From the NCBI GenBank assembly GCA_016906335.1, contig JADEYG010000015.1:1-64000 (forward strand): 64,000 nt of DNA, given 5' to 3'. The translations under genes and the position numbers were made by a program. Under the pieces are notes generated by a model. It worked only from the letters and a program-made list of their open reading frames with translations. It was not told the origin of the DNA and searched no databases. This DNA comes from Novakomyces olei (taxonomy: Eukaryota). Of this stretch, positions 23,747 through 36,324 are shown in pieces; positions within the stretch are counted from its first letter, which is position 1, and the number at the start of each line of letters is the position of its first letter.

Positions 23747-24529
23747 ATGAAGGTCCTTATTGTATATGCGCATCCTGAGCCAAAGTCGCTAAATGCAGCT
23801 CTTCGCGATGTGACTGTTGAAGAATTCAAGGCGGGGGGGCACGATGTGGTGGTCTCGAACCTATACGCCATGAATTTTAAGGCGTGTGTGGATAGAGACG
23901 ACTTTCCTGAGCTCAAACCCGACGAGCGACTTCGTGTTAGTAGCGCATCATCCCACAGCTTTAAAACTGGCTCCTTGACGGACGATGTAAGAGCGGAGCA
24001 AGACAAGCTGCTCTGGGCAGATTTGGTGATTCTGCAATTTCCCTTATGGTGGTACTATATGCCAGCTATACTCAAAGGATGGGTTGACCGTGTTTTCTCA
24101 TACGGTTTTGCTTACGGAGTAGGCGAGCACAGTGACTTGCGCTGGGGCGACCGCTTTGGAGAAGGTACGTTAGTGGGGAAACGAGCTATGCTTATCGTAA
24201 CTGTTGGCGGCCGACCAACACATTACAGCCCGCGTGGCGTCAATGGGCCCATTGACGACCTCTTATTTGCGATAAACCACGGTATATTGTTCTATCCTGG
24301 TTTTGATGTTTTGCCCGCCTTTTTAGCGTATCAAGTGGATAGGTTGAGCTCAGAGGAATACGCATCTTTGGTCAAAGAATTGCAACAGCGCATACGCGGA
24401 ATTGAGTCAGACGCTCCGATTCCATTTCGGAAACAGAATGGCGGCGACTACATGATTCCTAGCCTGGAATTGAAGCCAGATCTAGAGAAACCTGGTGAGA
24501 CGGGCTATGCTTTGCATTTGAGCAGATAG
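23747..24529 (+). CDS. NAD(P)H dehydrogenase (quinone), flavodoxin-like fold
   Basis: MKVLIVYAHPEPKSLN and ADLVILQFPLWWYYMPAILKGWVDRVF; intronless. Confidence 0.92.
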   Translation: MKVLIVYAHPEPKSLNAALRDVTVEEFKAGGHDVVVSNLYAMNFKACVDRDDFPELKPDERLRVSSASSHSFKTGSLTDDVRAEQDKLLWADLVILQFPLWWYYMPAILKGWVDRVFSYGFAYGVGEHSDLRWGDRFGEGTLVGKRAMLIVTVGGRPTHYSPRGVNGPIDDLLFAINHGILFYPGFDVLPAFLAYQVDRLSSEEYASLVKELQQRIRGIESDAPIPFRKQNGGDYMIPSLELKPDLEKPGETGYALHLSR

Positions 24530-24684
24530 ATATCTATAAACTGAGTTGAGCGGCTTAATTACAATTATTTTACAACTCTTCGTTTCCACTTCTCTCTATT
24601 TATTATTTGTATTCATTCTTCAATGTTTTAATAAAGCAATAAACTCCCCTTAACCTCACGCCACGGATCGCAGAGGGCTATGCG

Positions 24685-24803
24685 TTTATTTTCGAATTTA
24701 TAATCATAGCGTGAAGGAAAAACCGAAAACTCAGACTATATTTCTACATAACTAGAACCACACTACATAAAGACCGAAATTCGCCACATGAATATATATC
24801 TCG
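24685..24803 (+). repeat. Old degenerate copy of the module A 3' half with junction motif
   Basis: gcgtgaaggaaaaaccgaaaactcagacta...ctacataa...ctacataaa...aaattcgcca...gaatatatatctcg aligns by eye with about 1780-1905. Confidence 0.7.
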
Positions 24804-24881
24804 GCTATAAGGACGCAGACCTAAGATAATCGTGTCCTGGTTTTATTAAACCGCGGAACAGAGTTTAGGTCGCGTTCGCCG

Positions 24882-26210
24882 ATGTTCATGTTTGATAAGT
24901 CTGGGGAAATGGGTCCGATGCATGGATTTTGGGCAGTTGCAGCCATTGCGTACTTTGCAATTCAAATTGCAGCACGGCACAAAAGAAGGGCTGATTTGGA
25001 GCGATTCTGCACAACACTGAGCCCAGATTATAGTGATATGACATTAGCCCAAGCCCAAAAGATCCAGTGCACTATCGGTGAATTGGAGTTTCCGTTCATG
25101 TTCCAAAAATCTCTAGAATTCGCTTTATTCAAGGTGTGTTTGAAGTTATTGATGATTGCTGAGCTGAAAGACATACGGAATACCAACAATTGCAACATTG
25201 CTAGTTCAAACACGGCAACTTTCGAAGGCAGAAAACGCACCCAAGCGCTATGCTGACACCGCCGTGTTTGTAAATGAGGTTTACGGAAATGTCCCCGCAG
25301 ATCCAAGAGCAATCAAAGCTTTTGCTCGAGTAAACTTCATTCATAACGTTTATATCAAAGCGGGTAAAATCAAAAACAGTGATATGCTTTACACCCTCAA
25401 CTTGTTTGCTTGGGAGCCAATTGTATGGATTGAGCGGTATGAATGGCGGAAGCTTACTGATCTTGAAATATGCGCTATTGGCGTTTTTGCAAAGGCCATG
25501 GGCGATGACATGGAAATCTCTTATCATGTTTTGCCTTCCTATCAAACGGGCTGGAAAAATGGGCTTGCTTGGCTTGAAGAATTGCGTGAATGGTCGATTG
25601 AGTATGAAAAGACCGAAATGGTGCCACATCCTGACAACCATCTACTCGCCGAGCACACTATTTCTTTGTTAGTTTGTGTTCTACCTGCATTTTTGCGACA
25701 GACGGCAAAAAGTCTAGTAGTTGTTTTAATGGAGGACAGACTTCGAAAGGCTATGATGTAAGGACAAAGAACGTGAAAATGTTCAATACATATTACAATA
25801 TCCCTGAAGCTAATAATCTGTTTTATAGATATGAAAATCCCTCGTTGCTATATTCCGTCTTTACTCGATGGTTTCTTTTTACACGTCGGTTTATATTGCG
25901 ATACTTTGCTCTTCCAAGACCAGATTTCATGCGGGCACGCAATATTTCTGATATCAACCAGTGTGGGAGATATAACGCTGTGCGGTATGATGCTTATCCT
26001 TTCTATGTAAAGCCAACTCTGTGGGAACGTTGGGGGGTTCGTGCTTGGATTCGGTGGATTTGTAACTTGCCTCTTCCTGGCGATTCTGGAAATCAATTTG
26101 GCCCCAAAGGCTATAAGATAGAAGACATTGGGCCCGAGAACATGAAAGAAGGACTTAAGGATTACGCTGAAATTGCTTTGAAGCGGACTGGAGGGTGTCC
26201 ATTTGCTTGA
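24882..26210 (+). CDS. MpaB/DUF2236-like ER-bound oxygenase family protein, 2 introns
   Basis: LEFPFMFQKSLEFALFK|TYGIPTI, KRYADT, DMLYTLNLF and terminal GCPF. Introns at about 25134-25170 and 25758-25829. Confidence 0.8.
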
Positions 26211-27070
26211 CTTTATTCTGTGCATGTTTTTCCTATGTAGTTTTTGTTTGATATATTTGTTAAATTAATTTGGTGCTTCTCGTGTTTAAGTCTTGTATAA
26301 ACTTTTGTTGGGAAGAGATGGAAGGCTGCACCGTTTTATGCTTGGGCAATCGCGAATAGTGTGTACAGACTGGTTTCATCTCCCTTTTTCTTTTTTAATC
26401 ATTTGTCTTGTTTGTTGAAACCAGCTATATGACAGCTCAGCGGTCAGTTTGATATTTCAGAAGTTCAACTATTACGAATTATTGGCCTTACTTTATTCAG
26501 TTTAGACTAACCAAACCAGCAAGTGCAATTGAGGCGAGCAGCTAATTTGCCTGCAAATAATTCTTGGCAAGAAAAATCATAAGCAATTTTGTAAATCGAC
26601 GTTCTGTTAAGTCATACGAAAATAAGAGACGAATGGGTTCGTGTATCGAGTTCAACGTCAATTGCTTGAGAAAATCGCTTTGGCGTTGAATTGCCGAGAC
26701 TTAACTGTTTTAAATACAGATAGGAATATAATTATAGGGTTGATTAGGGTAAAGGGGAATTATACTATAGTTTTACGTATTATATTTTTTTTTCATACGT
26801 ACAAATAAGAGCAGAAAAGAAATGTAGAATAATTAGAACTGGTCTACGAGCACATTGAAACTAGTCTTTATATTAATTAACGAATCAAACAACCAAACAA
26901 AAACTTTACCGTGATTGGCATATCTTATTTTTAATTTATTTCAATATATGTTTTTTTCGATGTCTATGACAGGAAAAGCGACGGAGAAAATTGGAGTTAG
27001 TCAATGGTATTACGGTCTTGAATTATACTGTTCCTTTCGAATTATAATAACTGCTGATATCTCAATAAAT

Positions 27071-28642
27071 TTACGGGCTTTCGCTCTTAACAGTCTTGAT
27101 GCCATGTTCATGACTGAGAGCGAGATAAAGAGGGTCGGTTCTAAACGGCAACTGACGGCTCTCGAAGATCATGCCCATATCTTCGAGCGTATGACCATGA
27201 GTCTCGGGGAATCCAATAAAAACGTGTATCATAACGACGAATCCGAGCACTGCGAAAATAACGTACATTCTCCAGGAAATATTTATGAAACCAGCCGGCG
27301 TTGCGATAGTAATCGCGAAATTAAATAGCCAATTAATCGCAGACCCAAAACTGTTACCAATAGACCTTTGATCGACGGGAAAAATTTCTGATAGGTAAAG
27401 CCAAGCAGCTGGACCCCAAGTGCAAGCAAAAGCGCCAAAAAATACATAAGTAAAAGCTAAAGCGGTCTTTGCGTATTGATTTTCGCTAGGTGGAAGTGTC
27501 TGTGAAATAGTGGGATCTCCATAAAGCCCATTGGGCCCAGTATCTACGCCTTTGGCGCCTAAAATTGCGGCAATTATTGCCATTGAAGTCATCATGAGGA
27601 ACGCACCAATAATAAAAACCCATCGGCGAGACCATCTGTCCATCCAAATCAAAGCAGGAATCGTCATTCCCACGTTAATCGCAAAGAGAATAACAGTAAA
27701 TCGAAAAGTGTCACCGTGATGGCCCGTCATATCCATTATGGAGGTGGCGTAAAACATGACAATGTTAGTTCCAATGATTTGCTGATGCATTTGTGATGAA
27801 AGAGCGGTGAGTGTTCGATACAGACTGACGCCTCGGAAAAGGTCGCCAACAGTAGTATTTGTGGCGGTTTCTGCCTGAATAGTTTTACGGTAGCCTTCGT
27901 ATTCCTGGCTGACCTCTTCCGAATTAATATCGGCTTTTCGTAAAAAGCACAATATATCTCGGCATTCGTCCCACCGACCCAATTTCGCCAAATACCGTGG
28001 ACTTTCTGTCAGAAACAATGAGCCCACAAGCAACACTGCACCGGGTATCATTTGCAGGCCCCAAGCGAGTCTGAAAGACGCGGGGCCGTGCATTGTTGAG
28101 CAGCCGTAAGAGATAAAATACATGATAAGAATACCAATTGTTTCGGAAAATTGAAAGGAGGAAACAAGCCGTCCACGAATGTTTCGAGGGCTCAGTTCAG
28201 CCAAGTAAAGTGGTACGTTTGACGAGGCCATCCCTACAGCAGCTCCGGCTATAATACGGCCCATACAAAGAGCGGCAATATTGTTGGCAGCGCACTGAAT
28301 AGCCGCTCCAATAATCCAAACACCCGCCAGTAACTGGATCATACCTCGACGACCGAGCTGGTCACCAATCACACTGGAGATGACAGAGCCCACAAAAGCT
28401 CCTGCCGGGAAAGCCGCGGAAATTCCGCCCTGGGCGATAGCTCCGGGGTATCCGAAATATTCATTATAATTAGAGTTGCCGATAAACGTTGTCATATTAC
28501 TGCCTGCCCATCCGAAAATCTGCCCACCCATTGTCGCTATAGCTGCTATGATGTAAGGGTTTCGGAACTTGAACTTTGTGGAAAACCGCCGTTCTAGCGC
28601 AGAGGGCTTGTGCACGTAAGTGTCCTTCATTGTCGAGCGCAT
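27071..28642 (-). CDS. MFS sugar porter (Hgt1-like high-affinity glucose transporter family)
   Basis: DQLGRR, GRIIAG, YLAELSPRNIRGRL, TESPRYL, SEIFP and PETHGHTLE. Confidence 0.92.
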   Translation of the reverse strand: MRSTMKDTYVHKPSALERRFSTKFKFRNPYIIAAIATMGGQIFGWAGSNMTTFIGNSNYNEYFGYPGAIAQGGISAAFPAGAFVGSVISSVIGDQLGRRGMIQLLAGVWIIGAAIQCAANNIAALCMGRIIAGAAVGMASSNVPLYLAELSPRNIRGRLVSSFQFSETIGILIMYFISYGCSTMHGPASFRLAWGLQMIPGAVLLVGSLFLTESPRYLAKLGRWDECRDILCFLRKADINSEEVSQEYEGYRKTIQAETATNTTVGDLFRGVSLYRTLTALSSQMHQQIIGTNIVMFYATSIMDMTGHHGDTFRFTVILFAINVGMTIPALIWMDRWSRRWVFIIGAFLMMTSMAIIAAILGAKGVDTGPNGLYGDPTISQTLPPSENQYAKTALAFTYVFFGAFACTWGPAAWLYLSEIFPVDQRSIGNSFGSAINWLFNFAITIATPAGFINISWRMYVIFAVLGFVVMIHVFIGFPETHGHTLEDMGMIFESRQLPFRTDPLYLALSHEHGIKTVKSESP

Positions 28643-30270
28643 TGTGTATAGTTTGTTTGCAGGTACAGTCTTGTATTTCAGTCCCGCGTTGATTGTACGA
28701 AAAGGCAGTTCCTTTTAATTAATTTTTATTTCCCACAAGAATCGATTACTTGCTGCAAAAAGTATTTGTTTCTTCAATGCGTGCAGACGCCGGTTGGCAC
28801 GGCTGTTTAATGTATTGAAGATTGCTGCCAATCAAAAACAACCTCTCCGATACGCGATATTCAAGGATTGCGTAGACGCAATTTAAATCATTTAAAAGTT
28901 GGAAGCGTACAGAAAATGGTTTGAGTCCCACATTCTTCCTTTTTATTTTCAGATCTTTGCGATCTAACCACGTTGCCGAAATCATGCGATTATGTACGCT
29001 TACAAACCTTATAACGGCTCATGTCTATCACACTACCTAATGCAGACGCCGACCCGACATTTCCTTTAGTACTGGCACACCCCAATAGAATCAGTATGGT
29101 ACAATTTTATTAGTCTGACATTCTAAGCAGGGTTTTCTGATCGGAACGCCGGCACCGAGTAATTATGGTAACAAAAGTGAAATAATCAGTAAATCTTGGC
29201 CGATAAAGAAATTCCCGATGTGGGTCAAACGATTAGGCGTATACATGGAATAGAAACAGATGGGACTAAGTGAAGAAAAAAGATCATATGTTTCATTCGT
29301 AAATTTTAACAATCTGTCAATGTCTTCAAATTTAAGTTTCCTGTGTTTGTCATTATTACGGAATTTTTTGCATATTCAAACACTAAGGGTGCAAAAGTCC
29401 CTTGCAAATCTTCTTTGGTGCTCCACGGAATCTTCTGCCGAGATCCCGAAATTACCGGATCCGTATTTATTATGTAATCACGATTGTTACTTGGGGAAAT
29501 GTATCTTCGACTATCACATATTAAAAAGTACCACTAATTAATTATTAACGTAAAAGCTGTGTTGACGGTATCGGAGACGCCGTTCCACAAGATTTATGAA
29601 ACGAAAACCAATAAAGTTTGCAATCCAATAATAAATAAGAACTGTCAGCTTTTTCCTTACAGTTAAAGCAAAGTAAAGACTAATGCCATCCAGGCTTTGC
29701 ATTGTTCCCTTTACGCTCCGTCTTAAAGCTTTTTGATTTACAATGTTTTATTGCCAGAGCAGTAGCGCAATACATTTAGTACCAGTAGGCAAAATCTTCG
29801 CTCGCTTTTGATGGGCAACATTCAAACAGAATCTTACCCCTAGCATCAAATATTTCTGCTTTGAACGCCTGTACCATTTGTATATAAGCGTAGTGCTTTT
29901 GAATACGATCGGTACCTGAATTCACTTATCTGTGGAACAAGGCAATTTCCATCTTCGCTTCACACGGCTACGGCTCTTCAGAGCTCCAGTTAATCTTAAA
30001 TGTGCTGCTATCAGGCAGTACCTGGGCACTCTTCTTCGGCTTTGAAGACGATTCTAAGTTGTAAGGTAGTTGCGCGTTAGTTTTGCTTCACCCGTGACAG
30101 CATTGACTCTAACAATTTTATTTTCGGCTAGATTGAGGAGCAGCAAATACTGTCTTACCTGGCAAACGTTTTGGAGCCACGTCCGTAACCACGTTGCAAT
30201 CGCCTCAAAGCTAAACAGCTCGTCTCCGCCATTCCACTATAGCGCCCGAAAATAAGTTTCACTTGCTATT

Positions 30271-30321
30271 CGTACCCGTACCCCGTACCCGTACCCGTAC
30301 CCGTACCCGCACCCGTACCCC
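30271..30321. repeat. (GTACCC)n hexanucleotide microsatellite
   Basis: About 8 tandem cgtacc units with minor variants. Confidence 0.9.
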
Positions 30322-31155
30322 ACAAACACCGTACTGAAAATGTACGGGGCCGACTGACAAAGTCGGGAGCGACCTCTCTATGTCCCATAGTGAACGGTTC
30401 AAAAATCAAGTAAGTGTGCCATGTTTCTTGAGCCGCAGCAATTGTAGTCTTAGCCCGAGCGGCAATAAGTCTGGTCGCGATAAACCTGCCATTCCTCTCG
30501 CCCGGCCAACAGCCTAGCAACAGCAAGCGAGGCCAACGTTCATAGCGTAAACAATTCTGAGCAAGAACCCATGATCTACGCATTCATAAATACGAAGTCA
30601 AACGTGGAAGGCGGTGCCATGTAAACTGCTGCTTTACTCTGTCGGCGTGGAAAGGCGAACTGCCAAAGTAGTGGCAAAACGATCTTATTGGTCGATAGGA
30701 ATTTAAATCGAAAAGCGTGTGTACCTAGTCTTGCGCACAATTTTACATGTTTGGATTGGTGTACTAGTTGTGACAAAAATCCAAGAATTTTGACTATGGT
30801 AATATAGCGTATTTTACATCTTATACAGTTCAAGTTTTGTGTAAATGGCTTCTAGGTTAAAACATAGAGTTAGGGTTAGCCAGAGTTAGTTATCTATTTC
30901 GGATGGCAATGCAACAAGTGCAAAATACACTACATAAACTACGATGGGTTTGGCAATACTTGCATGAATGTTTCTACGACATTTATCATCGTTATTAATG
31001 GGAACCAAAAAGAGAATGTTCAAAACCAACCACGTAAACTAAATCTCAATAACCAATTTTTAGGGCCAAACAGCTCCCAACTAACGAACAAAAGGTACTA
31101 AATCAAAGAATCAATCAAAATAGCAGTATTTTCTTGGTCAAGAAAGGAGCGTTTC

Positions 31156-32916
31156 CTATTGACCCGAACTGATCTTGATTTGCGAGGAGCCTTTTTCATT
31201 AGTCTCAACGCCAAATTCAGAGGGATAAGCTTTTGGCGACGATGTTCCAGCAGTAGACTGTGCTTCAACTGCGGGCTCACGGAAAGCAGGATCTTGCCAG
31301 AACCGTTTGTCACCTTTGGCCACACGTTTGACCCATTGAGGTAAGACTCCGCCCTTGATTTTGTACGTCCAACCTTCGCGGTTCTCATAGTCCCGGGGAA
31401 GGATACGGCCACCGGACAATTTGGCAATAATATAAACGACCGAGTTGATGCAAATATAAGCGCAGATACCGGCAATAAGACCGTAGGCGATGGAATAAGT
31501 AAACGGCATTAGAGCAATTGTAAGGAAAGCAGGAACCGAATCTCCATAATAGCGCCAATTAATTTCGGTAGTAGACCGCATCATCATCGATCCAACAATC
31601 ACAAGAGTGCCTCCCGTGGCCCAAGTTGGTATAGAAGCGAAAATTGGAGCGAAAAATAGGGAGATGAAAAAGCAAATACCGATAACGATACCAGTGATCC
31701 CAGTTTTACCGCCATCCTCAATGCCGGACCCGGATTCGATAAAGGCAGTAACGGGGCTGCATCCAAAGATAGACCCGATACTAATACAAAAGGCGTCGAC
31801 AATATAGGCCATAGCAGAGCCCTCAAAGTCGTGAGTTTCCTCATCCAGAAGCCCGGCAAAATTTGCCATAGAGTACAGGGTACCCGTAGTATCCATAATA
31901 TCCACGTACAAAAACGTAATTAGAGCAATCCAAAACTCACCAGTACTAGCATCCCAATGAAAGACATTCAGCGTCTTTTGAATCGGATGAAAACTGACAA
32001 CGTGCCGGAAGAAATCAAAATTGCTGTTGCCCATTTCGTCATGAGGGAACATAGTAACGGACGTGGGCCTAGGCCAGGCGGTAATGGAAACGAGAATAAT
32101 GCCGGCGAGGAAAGCACCACGAACGCGGTAAAGCAAGAGTAATACGATGAAAATGCCTCCGCAAAAGATACCAATCCACACTTTGGGATCCTGCAGGACG
32201 TGAGAAGTACACGCACCCGTATCCGGGTCGAGGTACTGAGCGGGGCAGCCAGCGAGAGCGAGCAAATTAGTTGGATCACTTCCAACAACGCCAATGCCGG
32301 CACCACTTTTAAGGCCGATAAGTGTCAAGTAAAGCCCGATGCCGGCACCGGTAGCGGCCTTGAGACTAGCGGGGATAGCTCGGGCGAGCCATTGCCGAAG
32401 GCCGAGGATGGCTAATGCGACAAAGATGAAACCTTCCACAAACACTGCAGTCAAAGCTTGGCGATAACTTACGTTGCCAGTCCCATGGAACCCGACGACC
32501 TGGTAGGCAAAGTAAGCATTGAGACCCATACCAGGAGCGAGGCCCAAGGGCAAGTTGGCAAGAAGGCCCATCGCGATAGAGGCAAGGCAAGCAATACCGG
32601 CAGTTGCGGTTACAAGGTCGCGGCGTACAACATTCACACAAGCCAAGTACTCTGTATTATTTTCACAGATAGGGTCCGCTTCAGAGCCATTGCATACACA
32701 GGTGCCCCCTGTATCTGACAGGATTGAAGCATTAACAGCCAAGATATACGCCATCGCGGCAAAAGTAGTCAAACCCGCACGGATCTCGGTGGTAAACCGC
32801 GATCCAAAGCGTTGACGTGCCTGTACAGATCGCGGGGCTTCCAATCCGAACCATTTGCCTACAGGCGAATGAGCTACGGCGTCATTGAGCCTTTCAACCC
32901 ATAAAGATGGCCCCAT
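31156..32916 (-). CDS. azgA: AzgA-type purine permease (NCS2-related)
   Basis: EIRAGLTTFAAMAYILAVN, APGMGLNAYF, DTTGTL, SPVTAFIESGSG and MPFTYSIAYG. Confidence 0.9.
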   Translation of the reverse strand: MGPSLWVERLNDAVAHSPVGKWFGLEAPRSVQARQRFGSRFTTEIRAGLTTFAAMAYILAVNASILSDTGGTCVCNGSEADPICENNTEYLACVNVVRRDLVTATAGIACLASIAMGLLANLPLGLAPGMGLNAYFAYQVVGFHGTGNVSYRQALTAVFVEGFIFVALAILGLRQWLARAIPASLKAATGAGIGLYLTLIGLKSGAGIGVVGSDPTNLLALAGCPAQYLDPDTGACTSHVLQDPKVWIGIFCGGIFIVLLLLYRVRGAFLAGIILVSITAWPRPTSVTMFPHDEMGNSNFDFFRHVVSFHPIQKTLNVFHWDASTGEFWIALITFLYVDIMDTTGTLYSMANFAGLLDEETHDFEGSAMAYIVDAFCISIGSIFGCSPVTAFIESGSGIEDGGKTGITGIVIGICFFISLFFAPIFASIPTWATGGTLVIVGSMMMRSTTEINWRYYGDSVPAFLTIALMPFTYSIAYGLIAGICAYICINSVVYIIAKLSGGRILPRDYENREGWTYKIKGGVLPQWVKRVAKGDKRFWQDPAFREPAVEAQSTAGTSSPKAYPSEFGVETNEKGSSQIKISSGQ

Positions 32917-34448
32917 TCTGATTGCGAAATAGGCGTATGATCACGGCTAAAAGAGGTCAAGGGACAGAGAGGCAAACAAGGACAAATTTAAAAAATTGTT
33001 TTTGCCCGCATTATATATAGATCCATTTTTAATTTTTAATTTTTTTTGGCATCAATCTTCGCTAGATAGGGAAGTGCTGATAACACGCAAAATTACTTAA
33101 TACGGCCGTGTGAGATTCTGCCGAGCAGATTGGCTATAAGCGAGGAGAGAGAACGTGTAGAACAGCCTTTTTAGGCACAATTGGAACATTGAATTAGGTA
33201 ATATTTAGCAATTTTCATTTTCGTGTAATGCTATTGGTGAGTTTTTCATATAGGCTGCAGCGGTCTCTCCGTCTTGGAATATCTCGTATTTTGATCAAAC
33301 TCAAATAATTTGAGTCATAAAGTAAGCAAAGTGCGGTAAAGCGGGTGACCTGAAGTGTTCCGAGATCAGCTGTCTAGCCACAAATTTTCCGTATATGAAA
33401 ATCGTATTCCATACGTGCTCGAGGGCAAAAGTGCCTCACCCAGGTCTGTCGGTGATTGCAACGAATGAACCGACGGTTCAAAATTTTTGAGGCTACCGGA
33501 TAATATAGCTAATACCTCTGGCACAGCCCATGAACCGACGGTTTGATGTTTCGCCTCGTAACGAGTCTCTATGGTTTTTGTGGTGCATTCTAGGCCGATA
33601 GAGTGAGTCTACGAGGAAATACATCGAGCTGTATTCCAATGGTTCAGCAAATGCTGTTTGTAACATCATATTTCTATCGTTTATATTTTAATAAACCTAA
33701 TCAGTCTCGTGCATAAATTTACGTGGGTGGCGTTCACGTAAACTGGTGGCGTTCCAACCAAAACTTTCCGTCTTTGTTTAACATTATTCCTAATAGCAGC
33801 TTTTTGTAAGCTAATTAATTTAGCCAATTTTGGTAACGAGCACTTGTCAAAGTGCTCCGACAAATTTTAATTGAATTGCCGAAATTCATTGAAAGCCACC
33901 TGAGTTTTCTTTATTTGCGTGCTTTGCTGTAATTGCTCGCTTTTATACTCTGACCATTCAACTTTAAGCTACTTTTGTTCCTGAAGGTACACTGTCGGAA
34001 GATGGCAATATAATCTTTAACCGGCATATTATTAATTGGCTTGTCTTACTACTAAATTAGTCTGCAGACAATAGTATTGATATTTTCAAGAAGCAGTCTA
34101 TTCCCAAGTAATCGAGCAAGCAAGTGGTGGCGTAAATCTTCAAACAAATTGGAGTTTTGTTGCAAGTTTTCAATAACGTTTAGTCTCCAAGTAATCTTAA
34201 CGTGCCTAATTTTGTCATATGATATTAATTTGGCAGAAATTTATCTAGTTCAAAAGTTTCCAGGTAGAATTATGGTATATTCAACGTGATCATTAGTCTA
34301 CGTCCGAGTAACCAAGTAATCTGCCACCGCGAATCAACCTCAATCATATATCAAATACATCTGTGCCAGACTAGTGCGCATCTAATTTCCAAACCTTGCT
34401 ACAAGACACTGTGCGTTTCAAAATTCAAATCGAATTAGCAATATGCTT

Positions 34449-36007
34449 TTAGAGAATATAACGGTAATCATCCGCAAAGTCTCCATCGGCTAAAGGATCC
34501 GTTTCGCCCTTTGCTGCCCTTTGATCGCGTCTCAAATTCACGTGCCGCAGACCAAAAAACATTAAACAGTAGCCAACAACGCAAACACAGAGGCAGCCCA
34601 AAGTGAAAGAGTGTCCCAAGATGTATCTGGGAGCATTATTAGAACGGTATATCTGGCCGGCTACAATTCCACCACAATTTGCAATTGTCTGTTGCATTCC
34701 AACTGCCGTAGCGCGCTTATAATGGCCCGCCACATTGTTACTGAGCCAGCCCAAATTGAGGCCCGGCCCTATGTAAGCTCCAACACCGACCAGGTAAACT
34801 GCACCGAGCCGGGCATGGTGGCTGGTCTCGGGAACGGCGACAAGGACAATGTAACCGATAATAGATATAAGAACAGCGGGCAGTAACACTAAAAACCTTT
34901 GTTGAAACTTATCGGAGATGTACGCCAGAATAAGGAAACTTGCGGCAATGACAACGTACACTGGGATAGTCATGTACTGTGAACTCAGCCCAGTATACCC
35001 GAGGCCATGCATAATACTGGGCAGGAAGGAAGATAGGCCGTACAGGCAAACATCCAAGCAAAACTGGCACAGAGCAGAGAGATAGACTTTGGGGTCAGCG
35101 GCGGCCCGCTTGACCTCCTTCCACTCAAATTCTTCACTGCCCAAGTACCGGGCATCTGCAGCCTTTCGCAAAGTGATGACCCGCCTTTCCCTTTCGTTCA
35201 AGAACCAAGCCGTCTCCATATCGTTAGGCAAAACAAAGTAGGCCAGCGGGACGCCGATGAACGAAACGAGGCCCTCGATGATATAGATCCATTGCCAACT
35301 CTGCACGCTCGATGTATGAATACGCTCGCAGCCATAAGCAACAAGACCGCCAAAAGCACCGGCGAGCGCGCTAAACGTGAAAAGGTACGATAAACGGGTA
35401 GCGTTCTCGGATCGACGGTAGACCGTGGCCAAGTACAAGTTTAAGGATGGGAAAAGCATTCCCTCTAAACCTCCAAGAATAAGCCGCGTTACAATCAGAC
35501 CAGCATAGTTCCTGACAAAACCTGAGCCGATTACTACAGCCGACCAGGCAAGGGAAATAAAAGCCAGTATTCTGTTTGGACCGATCCATTTGAACATTAT
35601 AGTGCCGGGAATTTCGACGAGGACGTATGTGCAGTAAAAGATACTTACACCGACGTTCAGCCGATCACCGTGCAAGTCCAGTGCTTCACTTGAAACTGTT
35701 AAAACTACATCCGACCATGAAAGAGTACAAGAGAACGACCAATAGAAATAAAATAACAAAAGCAAATTTAGAAAATGGTTGAAGTAATGAAAAGAGTATC
35801 ATACGTCATCCCAGCGACAGCTGCGTTGCCGATATTCGCCCGGTCCAGGGCAGCCATCATGTATAAAAATCCGATGATTGGAGAAATCACAAGGTCCATT
35901 TTGAAAAGGCATCTCTTTTCAATTTTTGGATCTATCACCGTGTCAATAGAGCCATTGGCCTCATTAATTTCCTCGAATTCGTTCTTTGAGTCGTGCTTCC
36001 CCTCCAT
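34449..36007 (-). CDS. MFS transporter, anion:cation symporter (Dal5/Tna1-like) family, one 5' intron
   Basis: Exon 1 KMDL..P......ALDRANIGNA; intron begins GTATGA at about 35804; exon 2 has RLILGGLEG, WQWIYIIEG and NNVAGHYKRA. Confidence 0.9.
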
Positions 36008-36118
36008 CTTCCGAAATCACGAGTATCGTGGCAGCTGTGGGGTTCAAGGAGAAACATGCGATCCGTCTACGTTTTAAATGTCCTTCAGAAAAGGATGCCA
36101 GCGCCAAAAGACTACAAT

Positions 36119-36324
36119 GAGGAGCTCCTCCGATAAGATAAGCAGATAATATTGATACTAGATTGTGGGGCTTCTATGATAAGTTATCTTTTTTCGCTTC
36201 GGAGATTTTCTATAGTAAAATTAGACGCCGATAAGTAACATAAATACCGAATATGGCGATGTACATACAAAAGCTTTGCAGACATATCTAATAGTCGCAA
36301 GAGGAGCCGATTGAGGAGCTCCTC
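36119..36324. promoter_or_regulatory. Divergent promoter with two GAGGAGCTCCTC palindromes and clustered GATAA sites
   Basis: Palindromes at 36119-36130 and 36313-36324; gataagataagcagataa at 36132-36149 and further GATAAG sites. Confidence 0.6.
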
